Below the pieces are notes generated by a model. It had not been told where the DNA came from and searched no databases. It worked only from the letters and a program-made list of their open reading frames with translations. Both the position numbers and the translations under genes were made by a program. 55,370 nucleotides of DNA from Verrucomicrobiota bacterium (lineage in GTDB: Bacteria; Verrucomicrobiota; Kiritimatiellia; UBA8416; JAQBFJ01). Below, piece by piece: positions 25,821 to 34,992 of the stretch (position 1 is the stretch's first letter; each line of letters begins with the position of its first letter). The stretch lies in the NCBI GenBank assembly GCA_032123435.1, contig JAQBFJ010000157.1, forward strand, positions 1-55,370, given 5' to 3'.

Positions 25821-26522
25821 TCAGTGGTCTGTCTGTTGGCCGTAGGCGGCGCCGCGGCCGTGCTTTCGCCCGTGGTGTATATCGCGGATATAGCCGGGTA
25901 TGGACTGTTTTTCGCTGTTGATTTGCATGGTGCCAAAAGCCATCTCGGCAACCATCTCAAGCGCTATGCTCATTTTCACCGAATCCATGGCATCCTTGCC
26001 CCAGGCGAATGGGCCGTGATCAGCCACTAGAACCGCCGGCGTGTCGGTCGGCTGTTTACCGTCAAAGCGCTCAACAATTATACGGCCCGTGTTTTCCTCG
26101 TATGCTTCCGCCGCCTCTTCCTTCGTCAGAACGCGCGTTACGGGTACAGGCCCCAGGAAATGGTCCGCGTGCGTTGTGCCCATGCATATAATTTCTCGAC
26201 GTGCCTGAGCAAACATGGTCGCATGTGTGCTATGTGTGTGCGTAATGCCGCCAATGTCCGCAAACGCATTATAAAGAACAAGATGGGTAGGGGTATCAAC
26301 GGACGGCTTATACCTGCCTTCGACAGTTTTGCCGGCAAGATCCAAGACAACAATGTGTTCAACCTTAATATCAGAATACGGGATCCCGCTCGGTTTTATC
26401 GCTATCAGGCCATTATCCCTGTCTATGCCGCTGACATTACCCCACGTAAGCTTTACAAGCCCGGAACAGCCCAATTCCAGATTCGCATCCAATACCATTT
26501 TTTTCAGATTCTCTATTGTCAT
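25821..26522 (-). CDS. araD: L-ribulose-5-phosphate 4-epimerase
   Basis: TWGNVSGIDR, IKPSG, THTHSTHAT, class II aldolase/epimerase fold motifs. Adjacent to the ribulokinase gene. Confidence 0.9.
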   Translation of the reverse strand: MTIENLKKMVLDANLELGCSGLVKLTWGNVSGIDRDNGLIAIKPSGIPYSDIKVEHIVVLDLAGKTVEGRYKPSVDTPTHLVLYNAFADIGGITHTHSTHATMFAQARREIICMGTTHADHFLGPVPVTRVLTKEEAAEAYEENTGRIIVERFDGKQPTDTPAVLVADHGPFAWGKDAMDSVKMSIALEMVAEMAFGTMQINSEKQSIPGYIRDIHHGRKHGRGAAYGQQTDH

Positions 26523-26556
26523 TTTCCTGCTTTCCTAAATACAGGTTTAGATCCGT

Positions 26557-28251
26557 TCATTTTCTCTGGCACTCTCTGATTGATATAAGCTTCTTCATAA
26601 TATCATTCAGTTTACCAGTCCACTGCGATGTGCCAAAAGCGTCATGCAGACTACGATAACAACAGTACAGTTGCGAGTACATTTCAGTGTTTTTCGGGAC
26701 AGGCGTGTACACCTTGCTCCTTGTCCCGCATATTACTGATTGTGCTTCCTGAACGCTGGAAAAACCCGAAATCTCACGCCCGGCAGCTACTGCGCCGAAG
26801 ATTGCAGCACCAACAGCACACGTTTGATCACTCCGTGAAATCTTCATCGGCCGATTCGTGACATCCGCGTATATCTGCATCAGAAGCGGATTCTTTACCG
26901 CCAATCCGCCGCAATTGATTATTTCATTTATCGGAACACCATATTCTTCGATACGTTGTATTATGGTCAACGCGCCAAACGCCGTTGCTTCAATTAAGGC
27001 TCTGTATATCTCGTCCGCTCTAGTGTGAAGTGTCTGACCAATAAGCAATCCACTGAGCCTGGTATCCACCAGTATTGTCCTGTTGCCATTGTTCCAATCA
27101 AGCGCGATAAGTCCATGCTCACCCGGTTTCTGCCTGCCCGCGGCTTTTGCCAGATTGCTGAATTTCTCGTCAGCATCTTTCCCATAACTGTCAGGCACAA
27201 GATGGTTGACGAACCACAGGAAGATGTCGCCAACCGCCCCCTGACCTGCCTCAATTCCATAAAAGCCGGGCAGGATGGAACCCTTCACAATTCCGCATAC
27301 ACCCGGGATATCCGCCAATTTCCTGTCCGCCTGCATGACCATCATGTCACACGTACTTGTGCCGAGAATTTTCACAAGTATACCTTCATTCACTCCCGCT
27401 CCGACTGCGCCCATATGCGCGTCAAACGCGCCTGTCGCTATGGCAATACCCGCTTTTAAGCCCAATTTTTCTCCCCATTCTTCGGATAACCGGCCGGCAA
27501 GTCGGTCGGAAGAAAAAGCCTTTGAATAGAGCCTGTCACGCAGTCCCGGCAAGGTCTCATCCAGTCCGGCAAGGAACTCTTTGTCGGGCAAACCGTTCCA
27601 TTCGTCACAATACATCGCTTTATGTCCGGCCGCGCAAATGCTTCTTGTAGTATTCCTGGTATCTCCCGCCAATACAGATGGTATATAATCACAGCATTCA
27701 ACAAAACTATCCGCCGCAGTGAACACATCTTCCGCAACATTTTTGCAATGCAACACCTTGCTCCAGAACCACTCCGATGAATACGTCCCTCCGCATTTTG
27801 CCAGATATTGCGGCCTTATTTTAGAGGCCAGCTCTGTAATCAACGCCGCCTCAGCGTGAGAGGTATGATCTTTCCATAACCATGCCATCGCATTAAGATT
27901 ATTTTTGAATTCAGGCAAGAACGCCAGCGGAGTGCCGTTCTTGTCAACTGGTATTGGTGTACTGCCGGTCGTATCAACTCCTATGCCTATGATATTCGCA
28001 GAGTCAAATTCCTTATCTGTCTCCGCCGCCATCTTGACCGCTTCCCGTACAATCGTTATTGCGCCATCAAGATAATCCTGTGGATGCTGTCGTGCGACAT
28101 TCGGATCTTTCGGATCAAGCACTATTCCGTTATCTCCTGTCGGGTACGAAAACACATGCGTTCCGATTTCACATCCATCACTCAGATCAATAATTACGGA
28201 ACGACATGAATTAGTGCCGTAATCTAATCCCATTGCGTATTTTTTCATCAT
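26557..28251 (-). CDS. araB: Ribulokinase (FGGY family)
   Basis: MGLDYGTNSCR N-terminus, about 560 aa, FGGY layout. AAGGA SD. Confidence 0.9.
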   Translation of the reverse strand: MMKKYAMGLDYGTNSCRSVIIDLSDGCEIGTHVFSYPTGDNGIVLDPKDPNVARQHPQDYLDGAITIVREAVKMAAETDKEFDSANIIGIGVDTTGSTPIPVDKNGTPLAFLPEFKNNLNAMAWLWKDHTSHAEAALITELASKIRPQYLAKCGGTYSSEWFWSKVLHCKNVAEDVFTAADSFVECCDYIPSVLAGDTRNTTRSICAAGHKAMYCDEWNGLPDKEFLAGLDETLPGLRDRLYSKAFSSDRLAGRLSEEWGEKLGLKAGIAIATGAFDAHMGAVGAGVNEGILVKILGTSTCDMMVMQADRKLADIPGVCGIVKGSILPGFYGIEAGQGAVGDIFLWFVNHLVPDSYGKDADEKFSNLAKAAGRQKPGEHGLIALDWNNGNRTILVDTRLSGLLIGQTLHTRADEIYRALIEATAFGALTIIQRIEEYGVPINEIINCGGLAVKNPLLMQIYADVTNRPMKISRSDQTCAVGAAIFGAVAAGREISGFSSVQEAQSVICGTRSKVYTPVPKNTEMYSQLYCCYRSLHDAFGTSQWTGKLNDIMKKLISIRECQRK

Positions 28252-28363
28252 GGTCCATCCTTGTTTCCGCCACTCTTATGTTGACGACTAAGTGATTACA
28301 GCCAAACTATTTACGACTTTCATCAAGCCGACATCTGACCCGTTATAATCCCTTAATAATACT

Positions 28364-29848
28364 TTAAAAGGGATTTTCCGTTTTGTATAAATGCCGCTCA
28401 TCTTTGGGGATATTAACATCGTCTATACCCAGCAGGGAAACAGCGTCAAACAGAATTTTCCCAACATGTTTGAACGCTACAGCGGTATGATGCGGAAACA
28501 TTTTCTCAAGCAATACATATCTGTAAAACCGCGAAAAATTATTTATCCCGATAATACCTATCCCGCCAAATGATGAAGGATCACCGTCAAGCACACGACC
28601 TTCTGCCAGATAGCTCATCAGTTCGTAATTTGTGGGCTTGCTCTGCAATCTGAAAACCGTAACCGGTCCCTTTTTTAATGTGCCTTCAAGCGTGCCGCAG
28701 GTTATGTCCGGCGCCTTACCCGGTTCTTCCATCAGCCTGTTCATTATCAACTGATATTTCATGGAATATCCGGAACATAAATAACAGCTGGGTGTATTAC
28801 CGCAATGAAACCCCATAAAAAGATCCTTCCTTTTTATTCCGCGAAGATCCTTGATCTTTATATCGGCAGGAACAGTATTATTAACATCCAGAATACTCAC
28901 AGGCTTCTGGGAAGCCAGTTGCGCCATGTATTCGGAAACCGCCCCGTAAATATCCACTTCACAGGCCACTGGTATGCCGCGTGATGCAAGACGACTGTTG
29001 ACAAAGCATGGAACGAATCCAAAAGCTTTTTCGAAGGCAGGCCAGCATTTATTTGCGTAAACGCCGAATTGGCGCGATCCGAGATTTTCTTCAAAATATT
29101 TTGTCAGCGCGATCTCAAATTGGGCCAATTGTCTCAATTTTTCAGGATATCTGTTGCCTTTTCCCAGTTCTTTCTTCATTTCGCTGATAACCGCGTCTAT
29201 CTCTTTTGTCTGACCGGCCGCCGACCTGTAAAGTTCAAGCATGTCCAATTCAGAGTTCTCCATTACCTCTATTCCCATGTTGTATAGTGGCTTAATCGGG
29301 GCGTTACAGGCATAGAAATCGTGCGGTCGCGGCCCGAACGAAAAAACCTTGAGATCCCTGATGCCTATGACCACCCGTGCTATTTCTTTAAAGTGGGCTA
29401 TTTCCGCGGCAATATCAGCAGGCAAGCCTACGGGAACTGCCGGTACATACGGTCGCACACCCCTCAACCCGGCATTAAGACACGCATTGAGCATCCCGCA
29501 AAATGCATCACCGCGCCCATTAATGAGCGACTTCCTGTTTTCCTCCGCCGCGCCACAAAGCATAAAAGGCTTGTTTAATACCTTGGCAAATATTGTCATT
29601 GGTCCTTCGGGACCAAAGTTGCCCAAATAAATAACCGCGGCATTAACATTGGCATGTTCCATTTCAGCCGCCGCGACTATTGCATCATGCTCCGACCGAA
29701 TGATTGTGGAGCAGGGCGCTATATCAAGCTTCAGTCGCGCACATTCCTTGACAACTCTATTCAGCCTTGTTTGCGTCAATTCTACAGGGAAACAATCTCT
29801 ACTGACTCCAATCAAACCTATTTTTACTTCCGGCATATTTTTCTTCAT
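28364..29848 (-). CDS. L-fucose/L-arabinose isomerase superfamily protein, probable non-canonical L-arabinose isomerase
   Basis: N-terminus KIGLIGVSRDCFP... and overall layout resemble FucI-like isomerases rather than classical AraA (which starts ..EVWFVxGSQxLYG). Sits first in the isomerase-araB-araD order. ATG 29848 is preceded by GGAGG at 5 nt. Confidence 0.7.
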   Translation of the reverse strand: MKKNMPEVKIGLIGVSRDCFPVELTQTRLNRVVKECARLKLDIAPCSTIIRSEHDAIVAAAEMEHANVNAAVIYLGNFGPEGPMTIFAKVLNKPFMLCGAAEENRKSLINGRGDAFCGMLNACLNAGLRGVRPYVPAVPVGLPADIAAEIAHFKEIARVVIGIRDLKVFSFGPRPHDFYACNAPIKPLYNMGIEVMENSELDMLELYRSAAGQTKEIDAVISEMKKELGKGNRYPEKLRQLAQFEIALTKYFEENLGSRQFGVYANKCWPAFEKAFGFVPCFVNSRLASRGIPVACEVDIYGAVSEYMAQLASQKPVSILDVNNTVPADIKIKDLRGIKRKDLFMGFHCGNTPSCYLCSGYSMKYQLIMNRLMEEPGKAPDITCGTLEGTLKKGPVTVFRLQSKPTNYELMSYLAEGRVLDGDPSSFGGIGIIGINNFSRFYRYVLLEKMFPHHTAVAFKHVGKILFDAVSLLGIDDVNIPKDERHLYKTENPF

Positions 29849-29932
29849 TACTACCTCCATAATTTATCCAACGACATATCCTAATTAGCACCTTGTGAAA
29901 AAAAAGAAAACTGTTTTCAGGTCGAAACGGGT

Positions 29933-31108
29933 TTATGATTTTATTCCAAAGCCAAGCCCGGCAATCTTGTTCTTCAGCGTTGGCGAAGTATTTTCCGCCT
30001 TTACGCGAGTAAATCTGAACTCGCGTCTAATTGGATAATCAGAGCGCAATCTTTCGAAATGTCCGGAAATACACTTGTTTCCATCAAATGCGCGAAACCT
30101 GTCATCGTCTGATTCTACATCATATACGCGTCTGATTATATCATTTAAGACCACTTCATCTGGTCGTCCGTCAGTTTTAATCTCAATCTCCGGAACCGCA
30201 GGGGTCGGCAATAGATTGTCAGGGATCCATACCGACTTGAATCCAAACACTTCACAAGTCTGCTTATAAATCATCACCGTGCCCATCACCCTGCCTTCGA
30301 AAGAATATCCCGCTATGTGCGGCGTTGCAATAGCCGCTTGATTAAGCAGGGCCATGCTGAAATCAGGTTCTCCTTCCCACGTGTCTATAACGGCATCTGA
30401 AACAATCCCTTTCTTCATTGCCGTCAGGAGGGCTTCCGTGTTCATTACTGCGCCGCGTGCTGTGTTAATGAATATGGAGCCCGGTTTCATCCTGTCGAAA
30501 AATGATTTATCCGCCAGAGCGAATGTTGCATCAAGCCCATCCATGGTCAGCGGCACGTGTAATGTGATTATGTCTGATTCTGCCAAGACCCTGTTTAGAT
30601 CAACGAACGAATTCCCCGTATTTTCCACTGTTTCCGCCCGTATTTGGCGTGTTTGTCTCGCTTTCGGCGGATCGTTACGAAGAATTCTCATGCCCAGCGC
30701 TTCAGCCTTCCTGCAAACAAGACTGCCGACATTGCCTACACCGATCACACCTATGGTCTTGCCTGAAAGTGAAAAATTCTTACGACATGCAATAGTCAAC
30801 ACTGCGGCACTTACATACTCGGCTACACTGTTTGCGTTACAGCCGGGCGCACAGCACCATTTTATGCCTCTTTCATCCAGATACGCCGTGTCGATATGAT
30901 CCATGCCGATTGTTGCGGTACAGACAAATTGCACCTGACTATGTTCCAGCAGTTTTTTATTAACCCGCGTAGTCGAACGAATTGCAAGGATCTCGGCATC
31001 CCGTACATCCTGACTGCAAATTGAACGGCCGTTCACACCGACAGTTTTGCCAAGTGTGCTGAAGGCCTCCATGCCGTATTGTACACTGGAAGAGCAGACA
31101 ATTTTCAT
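29933..31108 (-). CDS. pdxB: 4-phosphoerythronate dehydrogenase
   Basis: MKIVCSSSVQYG...FVCTATIGMDHID...APGCNANSVAEYV parallels the E. coli PdxB N-terminal and NAD domains. About 390 aa including the PdxB-specific C-terminal domain. Confidence 0.85.
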   Translation of the reverse strand: MKIVCSSSVQYGMEAFSTLGKTVGVNGRSICSQDVRDAEILAIRSTTRVNKKLLEHSQVQFVCTATIGMDHIDTAYLDERGIKWCCAPGCNANSVAEYVSAAVLTIACRKNFSLSGKTIGVIGVGNVGSLVCRKAEALGMRILRNDPPKARQTRQIRAETVENTGNSFVDLNRVLAESDIITLHVPLTMDGLDATFALADKSFFDRMKPGSIFINTARGAVMNTEALLTAMKKGIVSDAVIDTWEGEPDFSMALLNQAAIATPHIAGYSFEGRVMGTVMIYKQTCEVFGFKSVWIPDNLLPTPAVPEIEIKTDGRPDEVVLNDIIRRVYDVESDDDRFRAFDGNKCISGHFERLRSDYPIRREFRFTRVKAENTSPTLKNKIAGLGFGIKS

Positions 31109-31280
31109 AATTTACAATCTCTTCATATAAGCGCCCATAACCCGTGCGCCTGCTGAAATAATGCGCCAACAAGCCTTATAATCTGTTTCTCAAGATATCT
31201 GCTAAGTCGCTTGAAATCAAGCGTTTCGGATATATTACGTATTTACTGTTTGCATTCCAGCGCGCCTACGGACCTGCATT

Positions 31281-32567
31281 TTAACAACGAACAATAGCGC
31301 AGGCGTATATGCCGTCCGTTTGGGTTTCTGGCGGAAACAACTCGACCTTTTTCTCCAGTGTAAAACCGGGATTGTTTTTCAACCATGAATCAATCAGTTC
31401 GCTGTTCTCCTCCGGCTCAATACTGCATGTACTGTATACCAGCGTGCCGTCATGTTTAAGTAATTCCGATGCCGAATCAAGTATCGCGTATTGACAGGAA
31501 TTAAGATGCTCCAGATTTTCCTTGTGAAAACGCCACCGTGCGTCAGGTCGGCGTCGTAAGACTCCGGTATTACTGCATGGAACGTCGAGAATAATCCGAT
31601 CAAAACGCACGTCCCCGCAAATTTTCAATAAATCCCGGCGCACGGAGGCATCCGCGCAAAACACATCAACAGAATTCAGTTTCCATCGTTTAACGTTTTC
31701 ATTAAGTCTATTGATACGATTTTTATCTACATCCATGGCGATAAGTCTGCCTGTCCCGCCCATTTTGTCGGCTATAATAAATGTCTTTCCACCTGGTGCG
31801 GCACAAGCATCCAGAACCGTGTCGCCGGGTCCTGGTGCCAGCAAATCTACTGCCGCCTGCGTGGAAGGATCCTGCACGCTGAAAATACCATCCGAATATC
31901 CGGGCAGTTCCGTTACTCTGATCCCGCCCGGCAGAACAATGAACAGATCAGGTCTAAAGCAATGAGGAACAGCTCTGATTCCTTCCAAAGCCACGATATC
32001 GAGAAAATCATCCATATCGATCAGTGCTGTATTGATTCGAACCGTTATTTCTCCTCTCCTGTTATTCCAGCGGCACAAATCCATCATCCTGTCATAGCCG
32101 AATCTGCCGCGCCACCTTTCCGTAAGCATGTCGGGGTGTGACTCTCTTATTCCCGGTTCCTGTTTCCTTAAATCTTCTTTTATGTTGTCTGCTTCACGCA
32201 GTGCATATCTTAGAACTGCGTTTATAAAACCTGCTCGCGAAGGTACTCGCCCTGTTTTTACTGCTTCCACGGTTTCATTTACAGCCGCGTATTCGGCCAC
32301 ATTATCCATGAGAAGAATCTGGTAAAGACCCACCAGCAGATACGGCATTGTGTGCTTGTCCGGTTTTCGTTTTGTACAGAGTCCAACGACCCATTCCAGC
32401 ATACGGCGCCATCTTGCAATGCCATAAACCAATTCCATAACAAAGGGCCTGTCTTGAATATCTGCTTCCATCAAACGATCCGGGAATGTTCCCGTTTCCT
32501 GCCATTCGCTGATGATTTGTACTGCCAGTTTTCTGGAATTTGTTTTCTGTATTTCTGTTTCAGCCAT
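31281..32567 (-). CDS. rsmB: 16S rRNA (cytosine967-C5)-methyltransferase RsmB (NusB-like N-domain plus SAM MTase)
   Basis: NusB-like N-terminus, DACAAPGGKT, DVPCSNTGVLRRRPD, YSTCS. The start is uncertain: ATG 32567 gives the canonical N-terminus, and ATG 32627 and the track start 32666 are alternatives. Confidence 0.85.
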   Translation of the reverse strand: MAETEIQKTNSRKLAVQIISEWQETGTFPDRLMEADIQDRPFVMELVYGIARWRRMLEWVVGLCTKRKPDKHTMPYLLVGLYQILLMDNVAEYAAVNETVEAVKTGRVPSRAGFINAVLRYALREADNIKEDLRKQEPGIRESHPDMLTERWRGRFGYDRMMDLCRWNNRRGEITVRINTALIDMDDFLDIVALEGIRAVPHCFRPDLFIVLPGGIRVTELPGYSDGIFSVQDPSTQAAVDLLAPGPGDTVLDACAAPGGKTFIIADKMGGTGRLIAMDVDKNRINRLNENVKRWKLNSVDVFCADASVRRDLLKICGDVRFDRIILDVPCSNTGVLRRRPDARWRFHKENLEHLNSCQYAILDSASELLKHDGTLVYSTCSIEPEENSELIDSWLKNNPGFTLEKKVELFPPETQTDGIYACAIVRC

Positions 32568-32629
32568 GAGTACGTTTCTCTTGGGGTGTATACGGAAATC
32601 ACGCAGAACACGCGTGAACAGGCCCATTC

Positions 32630-33655
32630 TTACCGTTTCAGAGCAACATGTCTTAATTGTCCGCATGCTGCCTTCATGGATCCGCCTTTTGATGTTCTTA
32701 TCGTTGCATTAATACGTGCTCTCTTTAATATCCCGATGAACATTTCCGCCGTTTGGCTTGAGGTTGGTTTTCCTTGATATTCCGGTACCGTGCTTAAAGA
32801 AATAAGATTTACCCGACAACGCAAGGAAACAAGAATGCCGACCAGCGCTTCGGCCTGTGCTCTTGAATCATTCACATTATTTATCAAAACATACTCAAAT
32901 GTAATAATCCTGTTCGTCTGTTCGACATACGACTGACATGCTTCAATAAGATTCCGCATAGGATATTTTTTGTTAACAGGCATGAGGCGGGATCGAAGCT
33001 TGTCGTCTGGCGCATGAAGCGATACGGAAAGCTCCACCTGCAGATTTTCATTCGCAAACCGCCTTATTCCTGGAACGATCCCGCAGGTACTGATCGTTAT
33101 CCGACGCGCTCCTATACAAAGCCCATCCGGATCGTTCAATATTCGAATCGCCTTGATAACCTGGTCATAGTTATCCAGCGGCTCGCCAATACCCATAAAA
33201 ACAACATTCGAAACCGGTTTTCCGCAAATCTGTTCGGCAAGCAGTACCTGCCCAACCATTTCGCCTGCCTCAAGATTACGTTTGAATCCAGCCTGGCCGC
33301 TGGCACAAAAGGAGCACTTGAATTTGCATCCAACCTGGCTCGAAACGCAAACCGTCCAGCGATTGTAAGATGATATCAATACCTGTTCAATACATTCACC
33401 ATCACACAGCTTCACAAGAATCTTACGCGTTGAACCTTCTTCTCCTGCACTTTCAGTCGGCACACATGAATCAATTGAAACATGTTTTGCCAATTCCTGA
33501 CTGACCGACATTGGCACATTCTTCATCGCGGCCCAGTCCGACACTTTCTGGACATAAAGCCAATGCCATATTTGCGATGCACGATAACAGGGAAAACCAC
33601 AGCCGTTGCACAATTCAGCTATCTCATCTTTTGTAAGGCTGTGAATAGAGGTCAT
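32630..33655 (-). CDS. rlmN: 23S rRNA/tRNA (adenine2503-C2)-methyltransferase RlmN (radical SAM)
   Basis: Radical SAM cluster GCKFKCSFCASG, GIGEPLDN, and the conserved C-terminal Cys (AACGQL). Confidence 0.9.
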   Translation of the reverse strand: MTSIHSLTKDEIAELCNGCGFPCYRASQIWHWLYVQKVSDWAAMKNVPMSVSQELAKHVSIDSCVPTESAGEEGSTRKILVKLCDGECIEQVLISSYNRWTVCVSSQVGCKFKCSFCASGQAGFKRNLEAGEMVGQVLLAEQICGKPVSNVVFMGIGEPLDNYDQVIKAIRILNDPDGLCIGARRITISTCGIVPGIRRFANENLQVELSVSLHAPDDKLRSRLMPVNKKYPMRNLIEACQSYVEQTNRIITFEYVLINNVNDSRAQAEALVGILVSLRCRVNLISLSTVPEYQGKPTSSQTAEMFIGILKRARINATIRTSKGGSMKAACGQLRHVALKR

Positions 33656-33658
33656 GAA

Positions 33659-34063
33659 CTACTCAGACGTTTCTTCATCAATAAGCTCGTCGGCTTCCTC
33701 ATCGATAATGTCTTCCTCCGGGTCAGATTCCGGTGCTGTCACGGCTGTGCGTGTCTTTGTTCTGGATGATGAAGAGTAATCCGAGCCGCCTGAAACCCAT
33801 GCGGACGGAGGCTGTGAGTAGAAAAACCATTCCAGTGCCTGCATCCCGAGCAAGCCCAAGAAGACCAATACAATAATAACGCACACAATTACCGATAATT
33901 TATCAGGCTCTGCACCACCTATACCAGCTGGCCCGGCCAGAATCGGACCCGGCGTCGCCGTGACCTTCTGCGCAGGGCCCTTGCCTTTATCGTCGCTCGA
34001 GATCGCGCCGATATCACTTTTTACTGAAAGCTTCTTTTTTACTGTAACTTGCGTGCCACTCAT
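33659..34063 (-). CDS. Small single-pass membrane protein with basic N-terminus and strongly acidic C-terminal tail; unknown function
   Basis: 134 aa. One clear TM helix (LSVIVCVIIVLVFLGLLGM). C-terminus is ESDPEEDIIDEEADELIDEETSE. Its stop lies 3 nt before the rlmN start. Confidence 0.5.
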   Translation of the reverse strand: MSGTQVTVKKKLSVKSDIGAISSDDKGKGPAQKVTATPGPILAGPAGIGGAEPDKLSVIVCVIIVLVFLGLLGMQALEWFFYSQPPSAWVSGGSDYSSSSRTKTRTAVTAPESDPEEDIIDEEADELIDEETSE

Positions 34064-34104
34064 TAGCCAAATACCTTAAGCACCTATCTTCAAAAACGCA
34101 ATAT

Positions 34105-34143
34105 AATTTTATGCCGGATTTTTCTTAATTTTATGCCGGATTT
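34105..34143. repeat. Two perfect direct copies of AATTTTATGCCGGATTT with 22-bp periodicity
   Basis: Copies at 34105-34121 and 34127-34143, read directly. A partial third copy (AATGCCG) follows at about 34149. Located in the 109-bp gap upstream of the 134-aa gene. Confidence 0.6.
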
Positions 34144-34172
34144 GTCATAATGCCGTTAATTAAAGCCAATAA

Positions 34173-34982
34173 TCACTTTTCCTGAATATCAATGCCAAGC
34201 ATAGAAAGAGATTGTCTGATCATTATATCACAAAATCGGGCTCCTTTTTCGCCTGCACGTAATTTTCCCCTGTACGCCCAATATACAGCATGCGATTCTG
34301 GCCGGAGCCAGTCTAAGGGGCCATATCTGACGTCAATTTCCAGCATGATTTCTGGAAGCAACTTGTACTCATCGCGCATCTTGTCCTCAATCTCAGCACC
34401 CAACCCGGCGTAATCAAGCGTGGCACCGCCTAAAAGTCCTTTCATTTCTTTAGCGAACATTTGCTTGTAATATATGCCTGACGCACCCGTCGCACGCCCA
34501 ATTTTATTCTGGTACAGCCACCCCAGTTCACGGTAAAGCGCAGGATCATCCGGATTATAAACCAGACCTTCGTCACGCAAAAGACTTATGCCGTTCTTTA
34601 TCCAACGCCAGCCGTCAGCAGGATCCGACATCATAACACTGATGTTATACGCCATGTTCCAGGCATGATATGCCCACACTTCCGTTGAGCCTGGTTCAAG
34701 TTTTGTAATCCAGTTGGATAACTGGACCATCTCAAAATATTCACCTTTTTCCTGCATGTATGATACCCTGAGCCATAGGACATCGGCTATTAGTCCGCGG
34801 AACCCGCCCAGTACCACCGTGCTGAAAACCATGATTGGTGATGCGTTTATCAGATTGACGGAAAAACCGAACCCGTAATCGGCACGCTTGCCGGCTAAAG
34901 CAACATTCTGTCTCCCACCCAACCCGAAACAGAGAAGGGAACAGCAAAACAGGAGCACTGAAATTATCCGCCTTATGATCAC
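34173..34982 (-). CDS. Membrane-anchored helical-repeat (TPR-like) hypothetical protein
   Basis: 269 aa. N-terminal hydrophobic anchor. Motifs GGFRGLIADVLWLR, WAYHAWNMAYNISV and LYRELGWLYQNK suggest alpha-helical repeats. No family name could be assigned from memory. Confidence 0.55.
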   Translation of the reverse strand: MIIRRIISVLLFCCSLLCFGLGGRQNVALAGKRADYGFGFSVNLINASPIMVFSTVVLGGFRGLIADVLWLRVSYMQEKGEYFEMVQLSNWITKLEPGSTEVWAYHAWNMAYNISVMMSDPADGWRWIKNGISLLRDEGLVYNPDDPALYRELGWLYQNKIGRATGASGIYYKQMFAKEMKGLLGGATLDYAGLGAEIEDKMRDEYKLLPEIMLEIDVRYGPLDWLRPESHAVYWAYRGKLRAGEKGARFCDIMIRQSLSMLGIDIQEK

Positions 34983-34992
34983 ACTTTTCTTC

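Noticed and set aside
34105-34160. Possible miniature CRISPR array.
   Set aside because: There are only two full repeats of 17 bp with 5-bp spacers and no cas genes. The geometry fits a protein-binding direct repeat, not CRISPR.
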